Shown here piece after piece: positions 25,754 through 35,508 of a DNA stretch of 64,000 bases (its first letter is position 1; every line of letters starts with the position of its first letter). Below the pieces are notes generated by a model. The model saw nothing but the letters and a program-made list of their open reading frames with translations, ran no database searches and was not told the origin of the DNA. The translations under genes were made by a program, and so were the position numbers. This stretch comes from a virus (Duplodnaviria > Heunggongvirae > Uroviricota > Caudoviricetes): the IMG/VR virus record IMGVR_UViG_3300031647_000750, positions 128,025 through 192,024 of that record. The stretch is one strand, 5' to 3'.

Positions 25754-26602
25754 ATGACGTACAGACACGACAACAAAGATCCCAATATGAGTGGATCACA
25801 AAAAGCATTAAAATATGACGTAGATGGTGAACCATCATTGCGCGTAAGCATTAAGGAGACTTCTAATTTGGTTACGCCTGTTGGCTCAAACAAGCCATAC
25901 TTGCTAGAAGTAGCACAGGGATTAATTCCAGGATACGGTTGCAACCACAAGTTTGGTGCAGTGCCCTCTATGAGTAATAACACCCAAGGTAGTGTATGGG
26001 ATGTTTCTGACACAGTATACCCATTTAACGCATTTGGTGCTGGTAGTGTTATCAACGTTGAACGTACTAATGCAGCAGATGTAGGTAGTGTAATTAGAAT
26101 GCAAGGCTTAGATGTAAACTTTAATTTCATCGAAGAAGACATCCCACTTAATGCGAGTGACCAAGTAGGCACACTGGTATTCATTAGATTAAACAGAGCG
26201 TTCATGGTTACTGATGGTGGATCAAACATTGGCGACATTAATTTTGAAATTGGGGTACCAGGCGGTGTAACGATTGCTCGTATAACAGAAGGTTATGGAC
26301 AGACGCTTATGGCAGTGTACACAGTGCCTGCAGGCGTAACAGCATATTTACTTAATATTTCTGCTACTGCATCAGATGACGCAGATGCCACAATCTCACT
26401 ATTAAAACGTGAGGCTTCTAGTGACGTTTTTAGAATAATGACAACATTTGAATTACAAAAACGTGGCGGCGGATTTACACAAGAGTTCCCTTGTGCACTA
26501 ACGATCGCAGAAATGACAGACATTGATTTGAGAGTTATTTCACGTGCACGTGACAAGCGTTTCACGGGAACATTTGATATGCTATTAGTAGATAATGTAT
26601 AA
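25754..26602 (+). CDS. Hypothetical protein
   Basis: ORF with RBS aaaggaat upstream. Confidence 0.4.
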   Translation: MTYRHDNKDPNMSGSQKALKYDVDGEPSLRVSIKETSNLVTPVGSNKPYLLEVAQGLIPGYGCNHKFGAVPSMSNNTQGSVWDVSDTVYPFNAFGAGSVINVERTNAADVGSVIRMQGLDVNFNFIEEDIPLNASDQVGTLVFIRLNRAFMVTDGGSNIGDINFEIGVPGGVTIARITEGYGQTLMAVYTVPAGVTAYLLNISATASDDADATISLLKREASSDVFRIMTTFELQKRGGGFTQEFPCALTIAEMTDIDLRVISRARDKRFTGTFDMLLVDNV

Positions 26603-26610
26603 ATAAGTAT

Positions 26611-27297
26611 ATGAGATTACATAATTTATTTGAAAACAACAAACCAATATTAGATGAGGGTCCAAAAGATCCTCATATCTTTAAATCAGTATTTCTTGCG
26701 GGCGGACCAGGTTCTGGTAAAAGTTTTGTAGCAGGTAAATTACTTAAAGGCGGCGGTCTTAAAGTAGTTAATTCTGATGATATTTACGAATACTTAATGA
26801 AACAGCAGAACTTAGAAATGGACCCAGAGACTATTTTTAGTCCTCAAGGTCAAGCAATTCGTGATAAAGCGAAAGGTCTAACAGGCATCCGTCAAGGCGG
26901 ATTTCTAGATGGTCGTTTAGGTCTTGTTGTAGACGGAACTGGTAAAGATACTGGTAAAGTAAAAAAGGAAAGTGATAAACTACGTGATTTAGGTTATGAT
27001 ACGATGATGGTATTCGTTAATACTAGTTTAGAAGTAGCACAAGCGCGAAATCAAGCACGATCTAGAAAACTTGCACCAGAAGTAGTTGAGGCGATGTGGA
27101 ATAAAGTTCAACAGAACATAATGAAATTCCAGCAAATCTTTGGCTCGGCGAACTTCCATGTTATTGATAATTCTGGTGGATTAGAAGACCCAGATAGAGC
27201 AGAGAATTTCGATACCGTATATAAAGAAATACAAAAGTTTATTAATACACCACCATCAAGTCATATTGCTAAAAAATGGCTAGATAATAATAAATAA
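26611..27297 (+). CDS. P-loop NTPase, putative nucleotide or nucleoside kinase
   Basis: Walker A GGPGSGKSF near the N-terminus; size typical of small kinases. Confidence 0.45.
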   Translation: MRLHNLFENNKPILDEGPKDPHIFKSVFLAGGPGSGKSFVAGKLLKGGGLKVVNSDDIYEYLMKQQNLEMDPETIFSPQGQAIRDKAKGLTGIRQGGFLDGRLGLVVDGTGKDTGKVKKESDKLRDLGYDTMMVFVNTSLEVAQARNQARSRKLAPEVVEAMWNKVQQNIMKFQQIFGSANFHVIDNSGGLEDPDRAENFDTVYKEIQKFINTPPSSHIAKKWLDNNK

Positions 27298-27401
27298 TTC
27301 TATAACATATTAAACCATCTTATAACTAAGAACTCATGTATTGCTAAATATAGATATATGGGTTTTTTTATGCCTGTAACATAATAAGAGGAACACATAT
27401 C

Positions 27402-27746
27402 ATGTATACATATCGTGTTAAATTAGTAAGAGTAATAGACGGTGACACCATTGATGCAGAAATCGATCTAGGCTTCAATGTGGTGATGAGACAGCGAATT
27501 AGATTGTACGGTATAGCGACACCAGCGACTCACACAAAAGATTTAGAAGAAAAAGAGCGTGGTCTAGCATCAAAGCAGCGCCTGACCGAACTATTACCAA
27601 AAGAGTTTACTGTTGAAACAATATTAAACAAGCGTGGAAAGATTGGTAGAATAATGGGCATCGTGTATGTAGAAGAATATGATACGTCTATCAATATCAA
27701 TGATGTAATGGTTGAAGAAGGTCACGCAATTAGGTATAATAAGTAG
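27402..27746 (+). CDS. SNase (thermonuclease)-fold protein with substituted catalytic residues
   Basis: VIDGDTID and IRLYGIATPATH resemble the SNase DGDT and R-x-x-G-(I/V)-D-(A/T)-P-E motifs, but the Asp/Glu are replaced (A-T-P-A). Confidence 0.45.
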   Translation: MYTYRVKLVRVIDGDTIDAEIDLGFNVVMRQRIRLYGIATPATHTKDLEEKERGLASKQRLTELLPKEFTVETILNKRGKIGRIMGIVYVEEYDTSININDVMVEEGHAIRYNK

Positions 27747-27756
27747 AGGATAAATT

Positions 27757-29313
27757 ATGAGATATTTTGGTATTTGGACAGTTTTTGTAGCATTAACTAT
27801 TAGCGTAGTAGCAGCGTATTATTCAATCATTGGACTAGTTGCTATATTCGCCGCATCAATGGTTCCTGTCATAATCATGGGCAGTGTATTAGAAGTAGGC
27901 AAAATAACAACCGCAGTATGGTTACATAAGTACTGGGATAAAGCAACATTCTTGATGAAATCTTATTTAACTATTGCTGTACTGTTACTCATGTTTATTA
28001 CTAGTATGGGTATTTTTGGTTTCCTATCTAAAGCACATATTGAACAGACAGCAATGGCTGGTGAAGGTGTAGCACAATTGGAACGTGTGGAAGCAGATAT
28101 TGCACGAAATCAATCAGTTATCGCTCGTGCAGATGATAAGATGATCAAACTAGAATCATCAGATGAAACAATAGATACCAATATTCAAACAAAGATTGCG
28201 ACAGAAGAAAATCGTATCACAGGGAAGTCACAGAGATTACAAACAGCAATAGCAGAACAAACAGCAGCGATAGAGTTAGCAGTTGCACCGTATATGACAC
28301 AGCAACAAGCAGCAGACAATGCACTCGCATTAATGAATGGGTTTGTTCAGAATAATGAAATTAAGAAGATACAAGGATTAATTGGCGAAGTACAAGATGG
28401 TTCATATGGAACAAAGACTGCCAATGGAGTGAAGGAATATAGAAATAACCTACTTGATGAACGTGCGACAGCATTGTCTATTGTCAATGAATTACGAGCA
28501 GATACCAGAACTGAAATCGCTAGACTACGTGCAAATTTTGAACAACAGGTAGAATCATCGAATGCACTGATTAGTCGAATGACAACTGAACTTAGCGTAG
28601 TTGAACGTGTAGACACAGAAGCAGACATAACTGCATTGCAATTGAAAATTAAGAATTCAGAAGAATCACTTGACAAACTCTATGAAACAAAGTATACTAT
28701 AGAGACTAAAAGCAGAAAGTTAGAAGCCGAAGTAGGACCTGTTAAATACATAGCAGCATTAATATATGGTGATGATCCTACTAAAGACACATTGGAAGAT
28801 GCTGTACGATGGATTATTATGATACTTGTAGTTGTGTTTGATCCGTTAGCCGTTGTATTAGTAATTGCGGGCATTTCTATTCTTGAGCAAAAGAAAGTGA
28901 ACGTAGTACGCGATGATCAGGCTGAATACGATAGAGCAAGAGTACAGCGTATGGTTGATAATACACCTCATAAAGAAGTGGTGGTTGAGCCAATTGAAGT
29001 TGCTGAAAAAGAAACTTCAAAAGTAGAAACAGAATTAGAGCGTGAGATTCGTGAATTAAATGAACAACGTGAATTAAATGAATCAAGTCGTAGCATACAA
29101 AAAGAAGCAAATCAGCAAGCATTATTGCTTGTTAAAGATATATCAAATCGCATGATTCAAAGCGGAAGCAATATCACATGTATCAGTGATGTAATAGCAT
29201 CAGACGATACAGGAACCCTGAAGCAGTTATTAGAGGGTGCTGATAAAGACACATTGAATGATGTACAAACTATTATAGCAAACACAATTAATCAAATACA
29301 GGAAAGTAAATGA
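27757..29313 (+). CDS. Polytopic membrane protein (about 4 N-terminal TM helices) with a long coiled-coil domain
   Basis: Hydrophobic segments at the N-terminus and around residue 350; extensive heptad-like Q/E/A-rich region. Confidence 0.45.
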   Translation: MRYFGIWTVFVALTISVVAAYYSIIGLVAIFAASMVPVIIMGSVLEVGKITTAVWLHKYWDKATFLMKSYLTIAVLLLMFITSMGIFGFLSKAHIEQTAMAGEGVAQLERVEADIARNQSVIARADDKMIKLESSDETIDTNIQTKIATEENRITGKSQRLQTAIAEQTAAIELAVAPYMTQQQAADNALALMNGFVQNNEIKKIQGLIGEVQDGSYGTKTANGVKEYRNNLLDERATALSIVNELRADTRTEIARLRANFEQQVESSNALISRMTTELSVVERVDTEADITALQLKIKNSEESLDKLYETKYTIETKSRKLEAEVGPVKYIAALIYGDDPTKDTLEDAVRWIIMILVVVFDPLAVVLVIAGISILEQKKVNVVRDDQAEYDRARVQRMVDNTPHKEVVVEPIEVAEKETSKVETELEREIRELNEQRELNESSRSIQKEANQQALLLVKDISNRMIQSGSNITCISDVIASDDTGTLKQLLEGADKDTLNDVQTIIANTINQIQESK

Positions 29314-29753
29314 AGCAAGACAACAGTAGTTATACAATAACAAATCCTGATCTATTTTTAACAAATGATGGGATTTCTGTATTAATCACGAGTACTAACA
29401 AAGAATTCATTGACGAAGTAAAATTAATAGTAGAGCATCACATTGAACATAGTATTGTGTTTAATGTGCAGCCTTCTAGCACCACCGAAACAGGTGTTCC
29501 CTGGATGTGGTATGTGAGTCGTGCAGTTGACATTATGTTTGTTGATTTAGACACATGTGCTTGGGTAGACATTTGTACTGCATTGACAAAAGAACAGGAT
29601 GATAATCATGTTGTTGTGTTTTTTAGTGACAGGAACAAAAAACGCGATGCTATTAAATTGATAAATGCAACGAGTAAGTATATTATACTGAAAGATATTA
29701 AAGAGATCAGTGCATACATGGAAACACATGTTCAACTGTCTGCTCCTTTATGA
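29310..29753 (+). CDS. Hypothetical protein
   Basis: ORF with ATGA coupling on both sides. Confidence 0.4.
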   Translation: MKQDNSSYTITNPDLFLTNDGISVLITSTNKEFIDEVKLIVEHHIEHSIVFNVQPSSTTETGVPWMWYVSRAVDIMFVDLDTCAWVDICTALTKEQDDNHVVVFFSDRNKKRDAIKLINATSKYIILKDIKEISAYMETHVQLSAPL

Positions 29754-30979
29754 CAGAAATGTTAAAATGCGCATTTTGTCATAAGACACAAAAGCAAGTT
29801 TCTAAGTTACTTGCTGGCATAGACGAGCACATTTATATTTGTAATAAATGTGTTCATTTGTCGCACAGCATTTTAGAGAAAGAAGATAAAACAAAAACAC
29901 TCAAAGATAAGAAACGTAAGTTACGTGATATTTTTGATACTGTCCCACCTAAACAAGTCCATGAATATTTAAACGAACATGTGATTGGTCAAGAAAAAGT
30001 TAAGAAAGGAATTAGTGTAGCAATATACAATCATTGTAAGCGAATCTTTAATGACACCACTGTAAAAGTACAAAAATCAAATGTATTACTATTGGGTCCT
30101 ACAGGTGTTGGTAAAACACTTATTGCACAAACGCTAGCAAGTTCAATGGATGTGCCATTCGTCATTACAGATGCAACTACGATTACTGAAAGTGGTTATG
30201 CTGGAGATGATGCAGAAGTATTGATACATAAGTTATTCCAAAATTCTGATTATGATATTGCACGAACCGAGATTGGTATCATCTACGTAGATGAGATAGA
30301 CAAGAAAGCCAAGCGTAATGACATGGTAAGTTTAAGTCGTGATGTATCAGGCGAAGGTGTTCAACAAAGTTTACTGAAACTCATGGAAGGCACCACCATC
30401 GCAGTACCTAATAAACATGATAGATCTCCTGAAAAAATAGATATAAATACAGAGAACATCTTATTCATTGTGGGCGGTGCTTTTATTGGATTAGAGAAAG
30501 TAGTTGAGCAGCGTCTAGGTAAATCAAAAATAGGATTTACTGGAAAAATGGCAAGCAAAGATTATAATTGGGAAGATGAACTTGAAACGAGTGATCTAGT
30601 TCAATATGGTCTAATACCAGAATTCTTAGGAAGATTACCATCAGTTAATGTATTACATGAATTATCTAAAGATGATTTGGTGCGTGTGTTGACTGAACCG
30701 AAAAATAGTATTGTAAAGCAATATCAAGCATTATTTGAATTAGATAATGTTAGTTTAGAATTTAAGCCATCTGCATTAAGAGCAATCGCAGAGACTTCTA
30801 TTAAGCAAGATCTAGGTGCAAGGGGATTACGCAAAATAATCGACAATGCACTCATTGATACACAATATGAATTACCCGATCTTGTAAGACAGGGCGTTCA
30901 GAAGATTATTATTAGTGAAGAAACTATAACTAGAGGAACAACACCACACATGATCAAAGGATCCATAAGTGAAAAATAA
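29750..30979 (+). CDS. clpX: ATP-dependent Clp protease ATP-binding subunit ClpX
   Basis: N-terminal C4 zinc-binding domain (CAFCHK...CNKC), Walker A LLLGPTGVGKT, Walker B IIYVDEIDK, GYVG-like pore region. Confidence 0.85.
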   Translation: MTEMLKCAFCHKTQKQVSKLLAGIDEHIYICNKCVHLSHSILEKEDKTKTLKDKKRKLRDIFDTVPPKQVHEYLNEHVIGQEKVKKGISVAIYNHCKRIFNDTTVKVQKSNVLLLGPTGVGKTLIAQTLASSMDVPFVITDATTITESGYAGDDAEVLIHKLFQNSDYDIARTEIGIIYVDEIDKKAKRNDMVSLSRDVSGEGVQQSLLKLMEGTTIAVPNKHDRSPEKIDINTENILFIVGGAFIGLEKVVEQRLGKSKIGFTGKMASKDYNWEDELETSDLVQYGLIPEFLGRLPSVNVLHELSKDDLVRVLTEPKNSIVKQYQALFELDNVSLEFKPSALRAIAETSIKQDLGARGLRKIIDNALIDTQYELPDLVRQGVQKIIISEETITRGTTPHMIKGSISEK

Positions 30980-31475
30980 AAAACCAATGTTGATGTTTAA
31001 TCAATTCATAACATTTCGTGAAGTACGTGTCAATTTTGAAGACGGCGAAAGTAAAGTACTAAATACAGTAGAGGCATTATCTATCGCAGAAGGTAGAGGA
31101 CTGGATTTGATTGTTATCAATGAAATTGCAGTTCCACCAGTATGTAAGATTGCTGATAAAAATAAGTTTTTGTATGAACAGAAACAAAAACAAAAAGACA
31201 CTGCAAAAAAGGCAAGAGCCAGTACAGTAGAACATAAAGAAATCCGTATGGGTTTGAATATCGAAGAAAATGATATTACTGTTAAATCTAATAAGATTAA
31301 AACATTATTGGAAAAGAAATGCAGAGTTACTATTACCGTGACCTTGAAGGGTCGTGAACGAAGTAAGCAACATATAGCACGTGAACTAATCCAATCTATT
31401 GCAGATCGATTAGGTGTTGAGTTGGAATTATTCGGTGCAAGTGGTAATAGAGTTAGTGCGAAAATAAAAGGTTAA
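30969..31475 (+). CDS. infC: Translation initiation factor IF-3; start codon uncertain (GTG at 30969, ATG at 30987 or 30993), overlapping the clpX stop
   Basis: REVRVNFEDGE...LDLIVINEIAVPPVCKIADKNKFLYEQKQ and the C-terminal domain align along their length with bacterial IF3. Confidence 0.75.
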   Translation: MKNKKPMLMFNQFITFREVRVNFEDGESKVLNTVEALSIAEGRGLDLIVINEIAVPPVCKIADKNKFLYEQKQKQKDTAKKARASTVEHKEIRMGLNIEENDITVKSNKIKTLLEKKCRVTITVTLKGRERSKQHIARELIQSIADRLGVELELFGASGNRVSAKIKG

Positions 31476-31477
31476 GA

Positions 31478-31720
31478 ATGGCATATAATAGAAATGAGCG
31501 TCAAGGTTTGACGGTTGCAGTATACAATGATAACATCGAACAAGCGTTGCGTAAATTTAAGAAGAAGATGACCACAGACGGTAAACTTCAAGAAGTAAAG
31601 GATCGTGCAGAATTTACACCAAAATTTGAAAAGCGTAAAGCATCACAAGCAGCAGCAAAGGCACGATTGCGCAAGCAATTGGCACAAGAGAATAATGTTA
31701 CTAAAAAGCGTTTATTCTAA
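31478..31720 (+). CDS. rpsU: 30S ribosomal protein bS21
   Basis: 80 aa, basic, with the MAYNRNERQGLTVAVYNDNIEQALRKFKKK...RLF pattern characteristic of S21. Confidence 0.75.
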   Translation: MAYNRNERQGLTVAVYNDNIEQALRKFKKKMTTDGKLQEVKDRAEFTPKFEKRKASQAAAKARLRKQLAQENNVTKKRLF

Positions 31721-31747
31721 ATAGACAACTGGTAACTTTACACTAAC

Positions 31748-31773
31748 AAAGGAGCATTAAATGCTCCTTTTTG
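31748..31773 (+). terminator. Rho-independent terminator after rpsU
   Basis: AAAGGAGCAT-TAA-ATGCTCCTTT followed by TTG. Confidence 0.7.
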
Positions 31774-31830
31774 CTTGCTTTATTATTAATTCCGTAGTAT
31801 AATATATGTTAACCAATAAAGGAAATACCA

Positions 31831-32139
31831 ATGACACAATCATCAGCATCAACATCATCCGAACTAACACACACACGACTACGTGGCCCATCAAAGTATA
31901 ATGTTATCTTTTTAAATGATGACGCAACCTCTATGGAATTTGTTATTTCGGTACTAACTGCTATCTTTCATAAAGATGCAACAGAAGCACAAGAAGTAGC
32001 AACACACATTCACGAGAAAGGGAAAGCAATCGCTGGAACCTATATCTACGAAGTTGCAGAACAAAAAGTAACCGAGACTGTATCTAATGCCCGAACCGCA
32101 GGGTTTCCACTGTCATTGACATTGGAAGAAGTTGAATAA
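31831..32139 (+). CDS. clpS: ClpS adaptor protein (N-degron recognition)
   Basis: YNVIFLNDDATSMEFVISVL...HEKGKAIAGTYIYEVAE matches the ClpS core [20 protein letters not shown]...HYQGKAICGVFTAEVAE. Confidence 0.75.
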   Translation: MTQSSASTSSELTHTRLRGPSKYNVIFLNDDATSMEFVISVLTAIFHKDATEAQEVATHIHEKGKAIAGTYIYEVAEQKVTETVSNARTAGFPLSLTLEEVE

Positions 32140-32164
32140 AAGAATAATACAATAGGAAACAATC

Positions 32165-32623
32165 ATGACCACTATGACTTCGATCTCTGAAATTGTCTCA
32201 TTTTATAATATACTAATAGGACCTGTGACAACGTTTGAAGGGTTGCAAGGACGCATGTTATCAAAAATTGAACAGTCTGATGATGAAATTAAATTTTACT
32301 TAACTGACACTAATTATGTGCGTATGTACCACCAGCAAGATTGCTGTGAGTCAGTATATATCGAGGATATCGTAGGTGACTTAGACGACTTGGTAGGCAC
32401 TCAATTATTGTTAGTTGAGGAAGTGCAAAACTATGAACCATCTAATGAAACAACGTATGACTCAACCGAAGATCATTATGAACCAGAGAGTGAAACTTGG
32501 ACATATTACCGTTTTAACACTGAAAAAGGTGATGTATCTATTCGTTGGTGTGGAAGCAGTAATGGTTATTACTCAGAAAGTGTAGATATTGAAGTTATCG
32601 ACGAAAAAACACTTGACAAGTAA
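32165..32623 (+). CDS. Hypothetical acidic protein
   Basis: ORF. Confidence 0.4.
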   Translation: MTTMTSISEIVSFYNILIGPVTTFEGLQGRMLSKIEQSDDEIKFYLTDTNYVRMYHQQDCCESVYIEDIVGDLDDLVGTQLLLVEEVQNYEPSNETTYDSTEDHYEPESETWTYYRFNTEKGDVSIRWCGSSNGYYSESVDIEVIDEKTLDK

Positions 32624-32675
32624 GAAGCCTTGGTATATAATAGTTATATAAGTTAATTAAAGCAAGGAAGTTATT
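32614..32675 (+). promoter_or_regulatory. Conserved promoter plus leader cassette (TTGACAAGTAAG...TATAAT AGTTATATAAGTTAATTAAAGCAAGGAAG)
   Basis: Near-identical to the cassettes at 14873, 51083 and 51671. Confidence 0.6.
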
Positions 32676-33041
32676 ATGGGTATGTTAGTCAGTGTTTATC
32701 GTAGTAATAAATTAGTCGATTGTACAAATGGCGGAGTATCTGCTAAGTTAGACCGATTCATCGTAGCGAATGTTGAAGGACCGTTTATGTCAGAACCGAC
32801 TGCAACAGATGTGTTGGTTCTTGTACAAGGTCCGTTAGATAGTGCACGTTTAATTCCAGCAGTATATAATGACTCAACTGATGCGTGGGAACCTATTAAT
32901 AAGGCACTAGGTGAATGGGTAATGTTTGGTGGCAATTACGCTGGTACATCTGATTCACGATTCTGTGAGGCTACTAGTTTTCTCACTGGTGGTACACGAC
33001 TTGATATTGTTAAAGTATTTGATAGGATTGAGGCTTTTTAA
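32676..33041 (+). CDS. Hypothetical protein
   Basis: ORF downstream of the conserved leader. Confidence 0.45.
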   Translation: MGMLVSVYRSNKLVDCTNGGVSAKLDRFIVANVEGPFMSEPTATDVLVLVQGPLDSARLIPAVYNDSTDAWEPINKALGEWVMFGGNYAGTSDSRFCEATSFLTGGTRLDIVKVFDRIEAF

Positions 33042-33262
33042 TGGAACAATCATTTAAGAAAGCAGTATGTTATGCATTTCATGGCGAATCTGATGACGCT
33101 ATTCTTGAAAGCGGATTCGTTGGCGATTTGATAGAAGTACATGAGTACGCACTAATGCTTGCTGAAAAACTTTATGAAACAGATTATGATTTGCTTGAAG
33201 TATACGACTTTGTATATGCATGGTCTAAAAACGACGACATTAAATTTCCTTGGGAAACGTAA
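33041..33262 (+). CDS. Hypothetical protein
   Basis: ORF with TAATG coupling. Confidence 0.4.
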   Translation: MEQSFKKAVCYAFHGESDDAILESGFVGDLIEVHEYALMLAEKLYETDYDLLEVYDFVYAWSKNDDIKFPWET

Positions 33263-33279
33263 TCAATTACATTAAACCC

Positions 33280-33339
33280 TTGACAAGTAAGGCTTATTGT
33301 TATATAATATTTATATAATTTAATCAAAAGGAAGTTATC
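33280..33339 (+). promoter_or_regulatory. Conserved promoter plus leader cassette variant (TTGACAAGTAAGG-17-TATAAT ...AAAAGGAAG)
   Basis: Family member. Confidence 0.55.
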
Positions 33340-33483
33340 ATGGAATTATCAAACGCAGATCTTTTATCATATGTAATGGTTTCAGCAATTCTTACGTATG
33401 CACTGTTTTGGATGCCTTATGTTATCATCAAGTCGATGTCGGCAAAGTGGAAACAAATCACTCAAGGAAAAGTAACAGAATAA
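33340..33483 (+). CDS. Small membrane protein (47 aa)
   Basis: ATG after the leader RBS; single TM segment. Confidence 0.35.
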   Translation: MELSNADLLSYVMVSAILTYALFWMPYVIIKSMSAKWKQITQGKVTE

Positions 33484-33511
33484 TGTACATTTTAACTCAA
33501 GGAATCATTTA

Positions 33512-34762
33512 ATGCAACCGTTTGAACTATTGGATAGGTTTGAACTGATGTACCCTAACAACAGTAAGTTATCAGATCTGCGTAGGGCATACATTGACAA
33601 AGATCTAAGTAGTATCTTTCGATTACTACCAGCAGGACATAACGACTTACGTAAGGCAGTGATAGAACAAAACTTACATAGTATCTTTCGATTACTACCA
33701 GAAAAACATGAAGACTTACGTAAGGCGGTGATAGAACAAAACTTACATAGTATCTTTCGTTTGCTACCAGCAGAGCATGAAGAACTAGGCAGAGCAGTGA
33801 TAGAACAAAACTTGCATAGTATCTTTCGATTACTACCAAATGTTAGTAATGATGATCTTGAAGACTTACGTAAGGCAGTGATAGAACAAAACTTGCATAG
33901 TATCTTTCGTTTGCTACCAGACGAGCATGAAGAACTAGGTAGAGCAGCAATAGAACAAAACTTACATAGTATCTTTAGACTAGTAGACGATGAAGACTTG
34001 CGTAGAGCAGTGATAGAACAAAACTTGCATAGTATCTTTAGACTAGTAGATGATGAAGAATTACGCAAACTACTATTAGAAGATAATATTTGGAAGTTAT
34101 GGCCTGTACTATCTAGATACACTGATACACAGTTCGTTGAAGCATTCAAAAACTTCTTTGTCAATGATACTGAGATATGGGATGATTGTTTCGCAAGAGG
34201 ACAGTTAGAAAGTAAACTATGGTTAGTGCGTGAATTGCAACAATGTAATATACCACTAGGCACTGTGTTTATTTGTGCGGGCTGGTATGCAACTATCGCT
34301 ACTATGTTGTTTGAGAGCGACATGGAAATAGATAAGATTCGCAGTTTTGATATTGATACTACTTGTGCAGAAATCGCAGAAGTGTTTAATAAGCCTTGGG
34401 TAGTAGATGGATGGAAGTTTAAAGCGGCTTACAAAGATATACACGATATTGATTTCACAGGAAAAACACCCTATAGTGTTTATAAATCAAATGGCGAAGA
34501 GCAATTGTTATGTGATAGTCCAGACACTGTTATAAACACAAGTTGTGAGCATATTGATAACTTTGAAGCATGGTATTCCAAGATACCAGATGGTAAATTG
34601 GTGATATTACAAAGTAATAACTTCTATGAAGTGGATGAACACGTAAATTGTGTTGCAGATGTTGATGAATTTATTGACACTGCGCCTATGAGTACTGTAT
34701 TGTACAGTGGAGAATTAGAGTTGCCTAAGTATACTAGGTTTATGATAATTGGATATAAGTAA
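33512..34762 (+). CDS. Two-domain protein: an N-terminal array of about 8 tandem 19/20-aa helical repeats (DLRKAVIEQNLHSIFRLLP) fused to the conserved C-terminal Rossmann-like domain shared with ORF 10927
   Basis: Protein and DNA repeats visible. The C-terminal VFICAGWYATIA / VINTSCEHIDN / RFMIIGYK is collinear with the ORF 10927 C-terminus. Confidence 0.5.
   Translation: MQPFELLDRFELMYPNNSKLSDLRRAYIDKDLSSIFRLLPAGHNDLRKAVIEQNLHSIFRLLPEKHEDLRKAVIEQNLHSIFRLLPAEHEELGRAVIEQNLHSIFRLLPNVSNDDLEDLRKAVIEQNLHSIFRLLPDEHEELGRAAIEQNLHSIFRLVDDEDLRRAVIEQNLHSIFRLVDDEELRKLLLEDNIWKLWPVLSRYTDTQFVEAFKNFFVNDTEIWDDCFARGQLESKLWLVRELQQCNIPLGTVFICAGWYATIATMLFESDMEIDKIRSFDIDTTCAEIAEVFNKPWVVDGWKFKAAYKDIHDIDFTGKTPYSVYKSNGEEQLLCDSPDTVINTSCEHIDNFEAWYSKIPDGKLVILQSNNFYEVDEHVNCVADVDEFIDTAPMSTVLYSGELELPKYTRFMIIGYK
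33590..34080 (+). repeat. Tandem 57-63-bp coding repeats (about 8 units)
   Basis: Repeated gtgatagaacaaaacttacatagtatctttcgattactacca units. Confidence 0.8.
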
Positions 34763-34788
34763 ATTAATCAATAATATTGGAGAGTAAC

Positions 34789-34905
34789 ATGGATGACAAA
34801 CATTTAATATGGGGTACTATTGTACTGTTTATTGCATTTTGGGGTGAGCCTGACTTGCTTGATAGTGCGATTTCTTATTTAACCTATGCATCTGGCGGTA
34901 GGTAG
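34789..34905 (+). CDS. Small membrane protein (38 aa)
   Basis: RBS ggagag; hydrophobic core. Confidence 0.3.
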   Translation: MDDKHLIWGTIVLFIAFWGEPDLLDSAISYLTYASGGR

Positions 34906-34906
34906 T

Positions 34907-35227
34907 ATGGACGAGTTAAAGAATGCAGGTGATGTGGTAGAGAGAGCATTATTACATGCATACCAGCAGTCGAGTCATAACATGGAGTCTACTATGCAAA
35001 TAGACGCAATGTACCCACAAACTATTTATAATAGTGATGGTGTATCAGTTCAAAGATATACTGTCGTGGCTTCTACATTATCTGCATCTGGTAATACCAC
35101 AGTGGTATGCTTTGGTATGGTTTTACAGTATGTTATTACAACTCCTAATACCAAATTTTATGAAGACTTAAAAGATAATATATTGGTGCTGGATCAAGAT
35201 GTTGCAGGATGGTTATATAATGATTGA
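34907..35227 (+). CDS. Hypothetical protein
   Basis: In-frame ATG right after the upstream stop (track ORF 34886). Confidence 0.35.
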   Translation: MDELKNAGDVVERALLHAYQQSSHNMESTMQIDAMYPQTIYNSDGVSVQRYTVVASTLSASGNTTVVCFGMVLQYVITTPNTKFYEDLKDNILVLDQDVAGWLYND

Positions 35228-35504
35228 TCTAATGCAAGCGAATCCGCGATTAACTATTGTTTTACTTGCTACAATTGTATATGCATTGGCTTACTGGATG
35301 GGACGAAATTCTTGTCAAAGTATGATTGACGATGCGGTGCAAGCATCTGTTGCAGTCTCAATAAAAATAACAACAGAAACGGTAGTCAATGAACTTATTG
35401 ATGCTGGTTATATTTGCTGTCGTGAGGAAGAAGAAGATGGTGAGATTGTATCTTACATGATTACATATGAAGAATATATTGCTTCAAATCCTCAAACTAA
35501 ATAA
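35199..35504 (+). CDS. Hypothetical protein with an N-terminal TM segment
   Basis: ORF. Confidence 0.35.
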   Translation: MLQDGYIMIDLMQANPRLTIVLLATIVYALAYWMGRNSCQSMIDDAVQASVAVSIKITTETVVNELIDAGYICCREEEEDGEIVSYMITYEEYIASNPQTK

Positions 35505-35508
35505 TACT

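Noticed and set aside
25747-26238. Minus-strand ORF of 163 aa overlapping ORF 25754
   Set aside because: The + strand ORF has an RBS, fits the operon and has sensible composition. The minus ORF has no RBS and would be the only reverse gene in 64 kb.
33505-34323. Minus-strand ORF of 272 aa
   Set aside because: It is the antisense of the tandem-repeat region of ORF 33512. The repeat-derived open frame is low-complexity (KILCKFCSITALRKSS repeats). All well-supported genes in the window are on the + strand.
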